Assembly: GCA_016748015.1 (NCBI GenBank)
Contig: JAAOMT010000009.1
Span: 328,459-392,458 of the forward strand
Length of the DNA stretch: 64,000 nucleotides
Reading direction: 5' to 3'
Source: Geosiphon pyriformis uo1
Taxonomy: Eukaryota; Fungi; Glomeromycota
Shown here: positions 43,040 through 55,440 of the stretch, in pieces
How positions within the stretch are numbered: the stretch's first letter is position 1
How the letters are laid out: every line of letters starts with the position of its first letter
The notes under the pieces: model-generated
The model's input: only the letters and a program-made list of their open reading frames with translations
Databases searched by the model: none
Told to the model about the DNA's origin: nothing
Position numbers and translations under genes: made by a program

Positions 43040-43911
43040 TCTCTGGAAATTAGCGCCTTGCCATGCATGCCCTGAAGCAATGTACCGAGACACACGACTA
43101 TTCACAGAAACTTACATTCATCCCATACTGCAGTCTCTTGAAGTTTTTATATTTATATTCATTAGCATCTTTCCTGCCTAAAAGTCCATATAGAATTTAA
43201 ATTTGTCTTTAATCAGTTGAGGCATTATCCAAGTCTGTCTTGTTGGGCTGCTATGATAATCTTTAGTGTAAAGACAATGGTATCTATTCCAACGGACAAC
43301 GGTATTATAAGCATATCTCGCCAAACCTATCTACCATTCAAGAGTTGCTTCTTAGGGCGGTTGGGATACACCTCGATTAGTAGCATACGATTGAGGGTGC
43401 TTCCATTTTCTGGCATTTGGAACAGACTGCTGTCGCCTTTCTTTTGCACTTTTGGTTCCTGGGTTCTCGTTGGTAGTGAGCAGCTCGTCGTCCTTGGATT
43501 CTGTCCTCTGCCAGCTCGTACTCATTAGAGGTCAAATCGTTGAAGAGAATCACAAATGGAGGAAGAAGAGATTTTAAAGGAGGTCGAAAGTGAAATGGCA
43601 GAGACGGTCACGACAGGCAACCACAACCTCTGAGACCATTCCGTAACTTGCTCACTCCAATAGGGCCTTAAGTCCTGGGCATCTGAAATTGACGCCTGAG
43701 CCAAAAGCTCTTAATTTGGGAATCAAGAAAGAAAGAGCTGTTTTTGTTGCTTGGCGCAAGACACGAGCGTAGAGGTAACTCTTCTTGGTAGCAGAGGTGG
43801 TGGTAGCATCAGAATTTTGAGAATTTAGAGGGAGGTGGGATATTTATTTTCAGGATTTTGATCATTATTAAGCAACTGATTAGTATTTTTATTAATAGCA
43901 TTATTTAGCAA
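43040..43911 (-). mobile_element. Decayed eukaryotic IS607 element: serine recombinase TnpA relic overlapping the N-terminal part of Fanzor2/TnpB
   Basis: TnpA motifs YLYARV (YARV at 43771-43760), GSGVNFRCPGLKALLE*ASYGMVSEVVVACRDRLCHFTFDLL, ELAED, GRRAAHY. Alternate frame RPYWSEQVTEWSQRLWLP. TnpB HTH IEVYPNRPKKQLL..IGLARYAYN (43377-43304). RuvC half not seen; ends approximate. Confidence 0.75.
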
Positions 43912-44510
43912 AAATTTTCATCTGTGATTATATAGGAATGAATATTAAGAGCAGTTGAAACAGTGAACAGATTTCAAGTTCAAAAAATCCTGTAGTAAAA
44001 ATTCTTTTGTGCTGCTGCTCAATGCAAAAGATTCTCATTAAGCGTTTTTAAGGATATATATAGTTTTTCTCTCTCAAAAAATTCAATAAATTGCAAATTG
44101 AAAATGATTATAATGTCAAAGCATTTGATTATTTCGTGATCAAAGATCTTGAATTAAAGTAAGGCTTTCTTTTTTCTATTTTTACATTGAAATTTTGTCG
44201 TCTCAATTCTGAGAAACTTTGTTATCTTTTATCTCTCAAAAGTTAGGCGAGTGTAATAGAAGAATGACATCAGAAAAGGAATTCAAGAGTATATGATATA
44301 AAATGACAGAATATGATATTTCAAAGCAAATGTCTATTGACCCATCTAGAATTTGTCTATAAAAATTTTATTTTAAGTCTTTCTATACATTATTTTTAAT
44401 AAATTAGACGAGATTTCAAAGTGGGAAACCAGTTACCCATCGTTGCATACTTGTCCTCTAAATTTTTTTCATAATCGTACTAATAAATCAAGTGGTGGAA
44501 GATTTTATTC

Positions 44511-47500
44511 TCATCGTAAATCCGGATTTATATTAGTTGGTGTCTGTGACCCTTCGTAATCATTCAAATCAATTTCATGTAATATACCCAGAGTTTGTGT
44601 TGTGGATGAACTTTGGATGCGCGAAATTATTTCCATACTTTGAACCCCTGAACTTTGGATTTGTGAATGAATTTCCATGCTGTGGACTCTTGAACGTGGA
44701 ATTTCTAGAGAAATTTTCAGTGTGATTAAATTGGTGCAACAAAAGTTTTTACCTTTAAAAATGCAATTTTCTTACCGATTTCTTCGAGGGAAGTCCGTGT
44801 CGAGGTTGGAAAATCATATACAGGTTCAAGTGACATATTAGCCAAGCATTCAGCCACATCGGAGATGTTGGGTCGACCTGTCGGCTCATCTTTCCAACAT
44901 TCCTGATATAGCTCAACATAGGCGGCAGGGCTTCCATAAACAGGTACTTCACGTTTCCCCTTAATGATATCGGTTGCCAACTGACTACCTTCTTGAACTA
45001 GATGTCGAAACGGAGGACATCCACTGGAGATTTCCCAAAATATGACGCCTAATGCGTAGATATCACTTAGATAGTCTAGTGGATAGTTACCATCTCGAAG
45101 ACGTCGTGGATCAATGAAAGGAATTTCACCAGCCATGGTGTGCTTTATATCAAACTCAGTGTTTTCGTTTTCATGGTTTAAAATTTTTGTTAAACCGAAG
45201 CCAGATATTTTTGCGGTACCATCATGGATAAGGACATTTAAGCAACTCTAATAATGATAAGGCCACATTATTCAAGACTAAATGAAGTTTGCGCTAAAAT
45301 TTTCTTGGAAAATAAGTTAAAGCTGCTTACCAGATTTCCATGAATTATATTGTTTTCATGAAGATGTTTTAATCCTAATGTAATTTCGGAAGCTAAGATG
45401 ACCCTTTTACCCCACGAAATATAATCGAAATTTTCTTTTAAAAAATGGCTTAAATCTCCACCGTTGGCATATTGCATGACAAGCGAATACTCGTGACTAT
45501 TCAGATGTTTCGTAACTCCAAAAAGTTTGATAATATTTACATGATTCACGACACGTAAATTTTCTTGAACCTATCGATCAAAAAAAAATTAATTTCTGTA
45601 AGCAAAGGCATAAATTTTCACCACAAAATACCTCTTTAGCAAGTTTGACATTTTGCCCAAATGCTGAATTGATCGTTAGCAATTTTTTTAAGATCACTGT
45701 CATCGACTGAGGAATCCACAAAGCCGAAATGATCATATCCCCATCACCATTTCCAAGCGCTTGTTTTTCACTAAATTCTTCTATATCGATATATTCAAGT
45801 AGTTTTTCCTCGATTATAGCACGAATCCACGGCGGATGTACAGCAAATAATATTGAATGCACGGGAGTCGCATAACTTTCGATGATATCGTTATAGGAGC
45901 TTAGAGGGTCAAAAAGTTCCCATTTTGGCTGAGGTTCTGTAAATGTATTTTAGAATTCGTATTGATTTTGTGGCTAATTAAATTATTCACATATGAATAA
46001 AAAATGCAGAAACATAACAAACCAAAATTCGATTCAATGGTAGTCGATTGGTCACCATTGTATTCGATATTATTACGTCTTATATTCAACATTACTATCG
46101 CAACACATATAATGCCAAAGACCACCGTGCTGGCAACTATTATCCCAATCCAGGCACCAGTAGAAAAATCCGTCGGCCCAGAGGAATTTGCATCTGTTTG
46201 GTTTGCATTTTTTTTTGGATCCAAAGCGTTATTTGATGCAGTTGCTCCTAAGAGAAATTATTTAGAGAATGCGAAACCAATTTATATTATCCTCGTAAAT
46301 CAAATATCACCACATACTTTGCAAAGTAGACAAATCCTTTGAAAAAATTGCCCAATTTTTAGAATTTGCAAAATTAACACACCAAATTGTCTTGTTAATA
46401 AGCAAATTCGGCATCATGCAATCAGAGGGAACATTTGGCAGGTTTGTCGAATTTCCGTCTGGGGAAGAAATTTGAGATACCAGGCCTTCATCCGAATTAT
46501 AGGATACCAAATAGTCTTTATAGTATAAATTATCAAAAATTTGGACTTTTTCAATAGGTTGGTGAAAGTCAAACGCCTTGGTAATATTTGGTAAGCTACG
46601 TTCCATGTAGTTGTAAGTCGGTTGGCTATCATTTTGCTTTTTGATCGCTACAACACATCTATAACTCTTGCCTATTTTCAAAAAGTAAGCTTGATAATTT
46701 ATGAAAAGAAGATACAAGTCTTGCTACTTACTTTGAGTCCCATCTGAACAAGAAGACGAATAGTAATCGACGTGATCAAGATTTAAATTACTGAAATATT
46801 GAGTAGGCCCAATTTTCTGGGCTTCAGGCTCTAGATACATGTCATAAATAGTTCCTTGACTATTTTTTGATTTAGAGGCAGTTGTTACAAAGAAGCCAAA
46901 ACCGCCAACAGTTAAAGGAAAGGTATTATAGGAGATGATATTAGGGAGGTTGATGATCCCGGTTGTATTTGTCTGAATTTGACGTTTATCAGCGCTGGGA
47001 AAATTTTAAATAATCGATTAAAACCTTTGTGTCAATTCTAATTCAGATAAAATTCATAAACTATCATTGCTTACGAAATGGAAAAACGAGTGAATGTAAC
47101 AGTTTTGTTATTGCTTGACTGGGTCCATAGATGAAACAAATAATTTTGGGATCCCCTGGTGGCAAAACTTCCACTTTTCATGAATGACAACTCTGAGGTT
47201 GAATCGAAACTTAGAATCCTGAATAAATAGAGCAAAGGAAAAATAATTCAAAATACTGCTTCAGCATTCATAAGCCAAAAAAGAAATTTCAAAAATTTTT
47301 GGTGACAAATCTTGTCTTACTCAAATATTTTCCCTGACCAGGATATACCAACTGCACTAACGTTAACTTTTGTACTATTTCCAGAATTTGTGCTACTTAA
47401 AAAAGACAACAAAATATAGTCCTTTTCTAATGCCCAAAAGTTAATAGTGTCATTGCAAAAATTTGACTCTGGTATATTCATATCTAGTGTCCAACTCTTC

Positions 47501-47754
47501 AAAGTATTATTGGGAAAGACGACACGAAATTGTGTCTTTGGTTCTAAACAACTTTCATTTTTTCGTTGTGACATACGAATGATCAGTGTGCCATCAAAAT
47601 ATGAGTCGGTACTATGTACGAAAAGACCATCTTGTTGTTCACTGAATGCGGCAAAGGCTATCATAGATTTGCCAAACACGAAAGTCGACAAAGTTGTAAA
47701 AGTGAAAAGACTGTAAAATGCCAAAAGGCAGCCGCAGCAATATTTAAACAGCAT
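44511..47754 (-). CDS. Receptor-like TKL pseudokinase (ectodomain, TM, kinase fold)
   Basis: Signal MLFKYCCGCLLAFYSLF...; N-glycosylation-rich ectodomain; TM AWIGIIVASTVVFGIICVAIVML; kinase motifs HVNIIKLFG, LVMQYANGGDL, IIHGNL, ISGFG, PFIDP, SDIYALGVIFWEI, CW..EP..RP. Confidence 0.85.
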
Positions 47755-49354
47755 GTCGCTCGAAATTTTTTTGGAAAGGATTGAAGTGTTCCTAGTTGTT
47801 ATCGGAAAGAAGAAGAAAAATTGCAAAGAATTTAGAATGCGCTTTGTTTTTAACTAAATATGAATAAAGTTAGAATTTGGGACAAAATTTTTGGTTTATC
47901 AATTAGTGCCAAGTGTATTTTGCAAAAAATTTCGTAAAATAAGTTCCGACCAAAATCCGGGAAATTTAGAGATTGCACATGTGACATTAAAGATATTACT
48001 CGGTTTGACGCATGAAAAATTAATATTTTTTCCGTGATTGAGTTTCTCGCTCCTTAAGATATCAAGTTAATTTTTTATTTATATTGGCGATTATCAAATA
48101 TAATTTTATAGATATATTTTCCCGTTTTGTGATTGTAAACTTTTTTAATTAGTAAATAAACTAAAATATAAAATTATCTAGAATACCTGGTTTTTTTTGT
48201 AGTCGATTAGCGTAAATCCATTTTGAAAGATATTCTTGCATACCATTTAGATGAAAGAAATTGCTTCAACCCCTATATGAATTCTCAGAAATCAAGCAAC
48301 AGAATATTTGGAGTCGCTAAATTTTTCTTGATGCCAAATTCGTTTATTGAGTTCTTTCAATGAACTAGTTAAAAATCCTATAATTTATAAATATTCAGAG
48401 CTTTCCTTGCTATTAATTTTTATGTATTCTAGAATAGCTGCCTTTTCCAGGCTCTGTATGAAAGAAATCTTCATTTTGCATACATGATCTTATTTTCGTC
48501 AAATTTCCGGATTTAGGAATGAGGACTAAGGACTATGAATAATTTTCCATTTATGTAAAAATATTTTGAAGCTACGGTAGAGAACTTCTTTTACAACAAA
48601 AAATTTACTTTCATTGTATTTCAGAATATATGTTTATTAAATTCAAAATGGCAAATAGAGCGCTTTGTAAGAGCTGAAAGTTATTTTCATAACAAAAGCC
48701 TAGATAAGAGACAAAAAAAAACGAAATTTAAATTTCATTTCATCAATTTTTAATATTAGAAATTGAGAAAGTCTCTAAAGGCACAATGTACAAGTAAATT
48801 CTTTTTCGATTCAGTTTTTAAACAAATTAAGAGATTCCCAACCAAAAATTGATCCAATATTTATTTGCATTTGGAATATATCTAATTTTCATTTCTTGAC
48901 AACGAAGAATCAATCAGAAGTGAAACAATAATTTTATATTCTACACCCTACTCACCTGTTTTCGATTTTCAAAAAATCCAGTTCAAAATTCAATTTAGTG
49001 CCACATTTACAAAACTGATAGTTATTTCTTGAATCAAATCCGGCTTTGGTGATTTTATTCCCGTCGTTTTCACCACTTAAGCTAAATAGCTCGCCTCGAA
49101 ATTTATCTCAAATCAAGAAATCGACCCTATTCAAAGAAACTTTTTAGCCAACCAGTTTCATCCTTGAACCAATTTTGTCGATCAAAAAGGGAGATGTAGA
49201 AATAGTTATCCTTCATTAAGATGTATTTTTGTGTTTGTATTTAAGTAATGATCGCTTTCGTAGGCAATACCTGTCCAAAAGCCTAATAAATTTTTCATAA
49301 GCTCCCTAATTATTTCATTTTTTAATTTTAGGTAATTTTCGAGTCCAAATTCCA

Positions 49355-50732
49355 TCAAGTAGGGTTTACTTGAGAGAAATCCTCCCAACAAACGCCCATG
49401 GTAACGCCAAAATAGGGGCCTTGATGTTTGAAATCTTCATCAAACTCTGAAATCGATTGGCCGGCGTTGCATTCCTAGAAATATCAAGAGTATTAGAAAG
49501 CTATAAAACAATCATAAAACTTTTAAACCAGCATGGCACAACCTGATTTTCTCCCCATTCGCTCCCTATATTCTCAAATGATAAAGGATCAATATTATCA
49601 GAAGGTTTGTACTTGGCACTTAAACGAGAATATCCAGGACATTCAAAATATTTCGTCTGTTCTTTTGAGCAATCACATTCCGGTGGTTTAATCCAGTATT
49701 CTGTTTCATGATGTTGCATAAAGTGTCGGCCATTTTCGATTAAAGGATAATGTGGTACTGGTTCATTGTCATATGTGAAACGCCAGACATTGAGATATGT
49801 GTTTACTAGCCGAGAAAATGGGAGGTTTCCAACCCTTGGCTGACCATAAGTAAAAACAGAGACACTAAGTTTGAGCAAGTTTGTTTTATTCAATCTTGGA
49901 GGATCAAGGTGTTTTGAAAGAAAAAGTTGTTCCAATTTCCAAGTTAGACCAGCAATAACTGCATATGCTATGTAATTGTAAAAATTCCTGAGATTGACCT
50001 GTTAGCAGTGTTTGAAATGTTTTTATATCAATAAAAATACTGACCACCCCCAATGGCATGTCCTACAAAATATATTTGAGTTATTTGTGCTGCTTCAACT
50101 GTATTTAGCTTTGCCATTATTTGATTATTTAGGTCAGGTCGTATTGCCATGACTTCGGTGTACCATCTCGTGTCTACTCGAATTAAACCATTTGTTTTTA
50201 ATCCTGGAATGCTGTAAGGAGTGAGAGTTGAAACTCTTGAATCCCATTGTTTCTTTGTCTTCAGCTCTCCTTTGAAATAAGCCACTATCCATCGTCTCTT
50301 TTCATTGACAACTATGTCAGCTGATCAAAAAAGTGCCATTAATCTATTTGGTAATTTTGCACGGTAAAATGATAGGAGAAACTTACCAATTAGATGGTTA
50401 TTGAATGCATTTTTCCCCACCTTATTTTGAGAAAGACAATATCCAAAATTTGCAATTATTGCTATTTCCTTCATTTTTCGCCATCCTATAAATAAACCAT
50501 TGCTGAGTATTTTTCGAGGTTCGATTTGTAAAAGCGAACCAATATTTGATCGTTTTAAAGTGATATTTTGCGAAAGGTAATATTTCTTGAAGGTGAGACT
50601 GGGAAAGTGACCTTTTAGCATCTTTGGATCAAGAAAAAACTTGATAGCACAAAGGGAAAATAAAAAACAAATACAGTGGAAGCAAACCAATGAATTTAAA
50701 GGGTTAAAATATCTTTTGCGATTAGTCTTCAT
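49355..50732 (-). CDS. Lipase_3-fold protein with N-terminal membrane anchor, predicted inactive (GHAIGG)
   Basis: IANFGYC, AYFKG, YFVGHAIGG, FTYGQPRVGN, TYDNEPVPHYP, HHETEYW, ECNAG..HQGPYFG; three introns. Confidence 0.8.
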
Positions 50733-53522
50733 ATTAAGAAAGATGAAAATTATTAGTATTAAAAAATTTTTGTAAACTTTGAGACCGATAATAGTCAATC
50801 CTGTGATTGTTAATCTCTAAAAAGTTTGGAGTAATATGATCATTTACTTTAAGCAAATAAATTAACGGAAGCCTTGCAAGATATATTTAAGTAGTAATAT
50901 AAATAGTACACCATGGATTCTTTTTAAAAGTTATTCTTTTAAAAAAAACCAAATTGTCAAGAGTGTTTATCCATATTTGCAGTGTTAACCATTTTGAGGA
51001 AATTGAAACTAACAATCTAATTTTGATGCTTACTTAATTTATGCACGGAATAATTTTATTATATAGACTAGTCGATATTTCACATGTCGAATTTCGGACG
51101 CAAGTTTTCGAGAATTATTCCCAGTTCAGAAATTTAGAAATGGTAAAAGTCATTGATTTTTTTGGCCATGTGGTAGCAGACTTGATTACGTATACCTTTA
51201 TTAATATATCCCATAAAATGCAAATATAATAATTTACGCCTTTTCACATCATTAAAAATTTCCGATTTTTTAAATTGGATAATAAATGTGTAACTTAAAA
51301 GATGAATACTTGCCAAAGAGATCGATAATAAATGCAAGTTTATTGAATATCTCATCATTAAAGCTTTTGATAGATAAAAGTAAAAACTTTTTGGATAATT
51401 TTAATTCAAATAAAATTGCATTTGAACGCAATCACTTGTTAAACAAAAAACGTTTCAATTTTTTCGAAAATTCTTTTTAAATTTTCCTAATAAGATTTTT
51501 TCAATCGACTGAATTTATAGCAGCTTTATCTTGATATATTTAATTTCACTCGGAGTTGAATTTAGAATTAAAAAATTAGCCAAATATTTCTCCAGCAAGC
51601 TGTTATTCAGTTTGTTTTATTAGGATCTTCGAAAAGCAAAAAAATCTTGATTATGATCAGGATACTGGAATTTTATTAATTCTTTTCGGGGGGAACACAA
51701 AACAAAGAAAAAGCATACTACTTCAAATGACATCAATTCGAGTAGGATGTTGGCGACTGATGCCCAAATATTAGGGTGCTTAAAGAAATATGGATACTTT
51801 GTTAATTTAACCTTTTACATTGTCGACTATTATTGACTTGTGAGTAAAGACCGAGGGAATTTACAGATATATTTTAATTTGTAACATTAAAACAGAATTT
51901 GGCTCTTATGGATTATTTTAGGCATTAAAGGGACAGATTACCAAGTTTTTCGATTGTCGTAACGCATTAATAGGCTTGTTTCATATATCGATTGAATTGT
52001 TCAAGAATTGACAAAGAAAATCTCAGTAATTTATGGAATTTGGTCTTTGTTTAAAAAAGGTCAAGTTTTCTATTGGTCTTGGGAATTTATTAACATTGCA
52101 TTTAAAGAAAAGGCGTTTATTAAACATTTCTATCTAAACTTGTGACCAACCTCCGGTGGGGCAATTGGGGCTGGCAAATTACATAACCTCTCAATATTTA
52201 TATCGTGTAACATATCGTGACCAGACTTGTAACATAGAATGGTCTACAGGGGTGAAGGATCACCTACATGTAAAAACGAAAACTGGATTATTTGATAAGG
52301 TTTTTTACAGTTTTCTAGTGAAGCCATACAAAACAAATTCTTTGAGCTAGGATTTTCATCCTGGGCCTATTTCCATATTTTTGCGCAAAATAATTTAATA
52401 TTTTTCACCACCAAAGTAATATGAGTTGGATCGAATATGATATAATGTTAACACTTTTATACGATTGTTTCCTCGTGGTAATGCTTACAAAGGGGTTTTT
52501 ACCTCAAATATTACTTTTTCGGCCAGTCATTCATACTTGAAATATTTGGAAAAGCTTTGTGCTTATCTTGGGATACCGAAAAATTATTGGCAATTAATTA
52601 TGTTCTTGAATAGTATTCTAGGCATCGAAGATGAAGTAAACGGGGATAAGTTTGGTCAAAGATATTTACGTGACATATGAAAAAATTCTGTCCTCAGCTT
52701 AAAGATCAAAAACGCCCACAAGGGACCACAAATTATCAATAAATGAACTGGTATTTATAGTTCAAGATTGCTAATTTTCTTAATCTATGACAAATTTCAT
52801 GCACACAGGTTAAAATTTTTTTGACCTGATCGAAAAATTAATATTCCTAATTATATTTGAGATTTCAAAAAATTGTGGCCTAAAATTTCAAATTTTTCTT
52901 TAGATAAGAATTTTTTTAGGAGGTTTCCCTAATTCAAAATATTTACGATCCAGAAATTTGAGAAACCCAAACTGATAACAGCATTTAAATTAAATGATCA
53001 TTTAGAATTTAGGTTATAGTCGACATTTAGTTTATTGTCAACCAGTTCAGATCATGCGTTTGAACATGGTAAGCCATTCGTCCGACATTTGATAACATTT
53101 TAGGTAAAAAAAAATGCAAGCAAAACTTTATTTATTGTACAACTTTGAAAAGACTTGATATTACACTTAGACTCTCAAGACAAAGTTTGATAAACATTAG
53201 GCATAGGCACAAAAATCTTTAATGTAAACGGTGTTTTTGTTTGGGAATCTATATTATGTGCATTAAAATAGTTTTAACTTGTAAAGCTAATTCTATTGTC
53301 AAAAAATGGCTAAAGGCCATTTTATATTGGATAATGAAGAGATTAAAAAGATTGCTCTTTGGTTATTGTTGATTTTCGTAAGCTAGCGAAAAGTCAAATG
53401 TTTTTAAATTTTAATTCATTATATGGCAATATCTTGTCGAAAGAAAAAAAAATTCTCCATCAAGCCTATCAAAGAAAGAATTCCATTTAGCTAATATTTG
53501 GTCCCTATTTATTTTAGGGTTA

Positions 53523-54011
53523 TTATATTTTCTGTGAAAAATTTTCAGCCCATCTAACTTGTTCCAATTGCAACCGGTTCCATCCATAACTTTTTCTCCT
53601 TGGATTAAAACTGTATTTTGATTTTTTAAATAGTTTCGTCGAATCCTTGATCTGGGTTATCTTTCTACATATCATTGTAAAACACCCTTCCACTATTTCC
53701 TCATCACCGTTTAAGTTCTTGGTTCGATGTTCAAAGAAGAAAAAATTCTTTGGCTTGACGGGACTTGCACCAATGGAGTCTGCTTTAAGATAACCGTGTC
53801 TTGGAATTGGTTGGTTATCTTCTTGAATTGGAGTATTGCGATGTGTCGGTCCTGTGATAATTATGTTTGAATTTTGGTTGTTTACTTTTTTGTGGTCAAT
53901 GGGTGAGAATGTCTGATTAAAAGAACTTTTCACACTAGATTGTGAGGAAATTCTGGAAATTCTGGAAATACTAGTTTTTCTGGCCTTGTTTTTCGAAAAT
54001 CTAAGACTCAT
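53523..54011 (-). CDS. Hypothetical small basic/Ser-rich protein
   Basis: Single-exon ORF of ~162 aa from ATG 54011 with coding-like composition; no family recognised. Confidence 0.5.
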   Translation of the reverse strand: MSLRFSKNKARKTSISRISRISSQSSVKSSFNQTFSPIDHKKVNNQNSNIIITGPTHRNTPIQEDNQPIPRHGYLKADSIGASPVKPKNFFFFEHRTKNLNGDEEIVEGCFTMICRKITQIKDSTKLFKKSKYSFNPRRKSYGWNRLQLEQVRWAENFSQKI

Positions 54012-54960
54012 CTTGGCAATTTCCTGATAGACTTTCAAGTTGATTAATTAAAGGATAAGAATGTGAAGTGAAGAATACAAATTATAAAATAAAGAGGGAA
54101 TAAATGACTTTTTTAAGAAAGTCTTATAAAGAAAGGGAAAAGCTAATGAGAATGTTGAATTCTTTGCTCTGATAAAGAGATAGCAATATACAAGGATAAC
54201 CGCTTTTATATACAGAAAATTAGCGTCTTACCAAAAAATTTGGGTGACAGAAATAAAAGCTTTTGTGGAAAATCCATTCCTTTTAGCGTGAATGACCGTA
54301 CCTCACGAATTTAGCGTGAAAAGTTCTTAATGTTTCCTAAAGATCTCACTTTATATTAATTGGGCTAGGAGAGGAACAAATTAAAGGTAACACAATTATG
54401 GAGATACCATGCCTTTATTTTAAGTTTTACAGTCACTTTTAGTTTCCAACCAAATAAATCAATTAATCCGGACGAATACCTCGATTTAGACTTTTGTAAA
54501 ACAACTTTAAAGCTGCAATGTTATAGTGTCACTGTAATTGTGACCAAACGTGTCCGGAACTATATGATCTCTATCTTTGAAAGAAGAGTAGGTATCAATT
54601 TTTCATTGGTGCTTCAAAGAAATAAACTCATCTGTTCGAGATGAAGAAGGTTGGCACAAAATTAGAATCTTGCCATTTTTATTTCTTATCATTGAAATAA
54701 TGGAAGCAAAGGCGAAACTTTACTATGTATAAAATGCCACAAAAAAATCTTTAATAATTTACTTTGGGAAAATGGTGATACACAACAACGACTATTTATA
54801 TATCATTATGAATTTTGCGCCATGTATGTTGAAGAAAAATTTACATCGGAAAAAGGCTCATTGGCTCGTAATAAATAATTTATTATTTTTTAAAAGTGAT
54901 TACTCATTTAAAAATGAAATTTTATTATTCATAATTCTCTAAAGATGTAAGATAATGGTT

Positions 54961-55440
54961 TCAAATTATAATGATATATCGTTTTCCAGCGTTTAATATA
55001 ATTCGAAGCAACTCAATTGCAGTATTTCTTATCTTTTTGAAAATTATTTTAATTCGGTTGGAATTCTTTTCAGGTGGTTTTATTTGATCATCAACACAAT
55101 ACACTTCCATCTTTAATTTTAAAATTGAAAACCTTTTTCCAGCTCTTGGGCTTTTGCCTATTGAGTTTCGTCTTAAATGTGGTAATTGGTTTAAAGTATA
55201 TAATGAATGACTACTTTGCCAAGAATGACATCTATTTTGCCATTGAAAAGGTAAGGAGAAGGAGGTGGAGGAAGAGTTTGTTCGGGTATGTGTACTGGAA
55301 GAAGAAGGTAATTCAAGACTGGAAAACCTTTCATTGGCAATAGGGTGAGTAATGTCAAACGAGGATTTGATGCTTGAGTATTTTGTTTTAAGTGAGGCGG
55401 TTTGTACAAGAAAAGGTAAATTATAGTCGCTTTTATTCAT
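54961..55440 (-). CDS. Hypothetical small Ser-rich/basic protein
   Basis: Single-exon ORF of ~159 aa from ATG 55440; no family recognised. Confidence 0.5.
   Translation of the reverse strand: MNKSDYNLPFLVQTASLKTKYSSIKSSFDITHPIANERFSSLELPSSSSTHTRTNSSSTSFSLPFQWQNRCHSWQSSHSLYTLNQLPHLRRNSIGKSPRAGKRFSILKLKMEVYCVDDQIKPPEKNSNRIKIIFKKIRNTAIELLRIILNAGKRYIIII

Noticed and set aside
43385-43430. CSKCQKMEAPSIVC resembling a gag CCHC zinc knuckle
   Set aside because: His is absent and the segment lies between IS607 TnpA motifs and the TnpB HTH; no other retroelement features.
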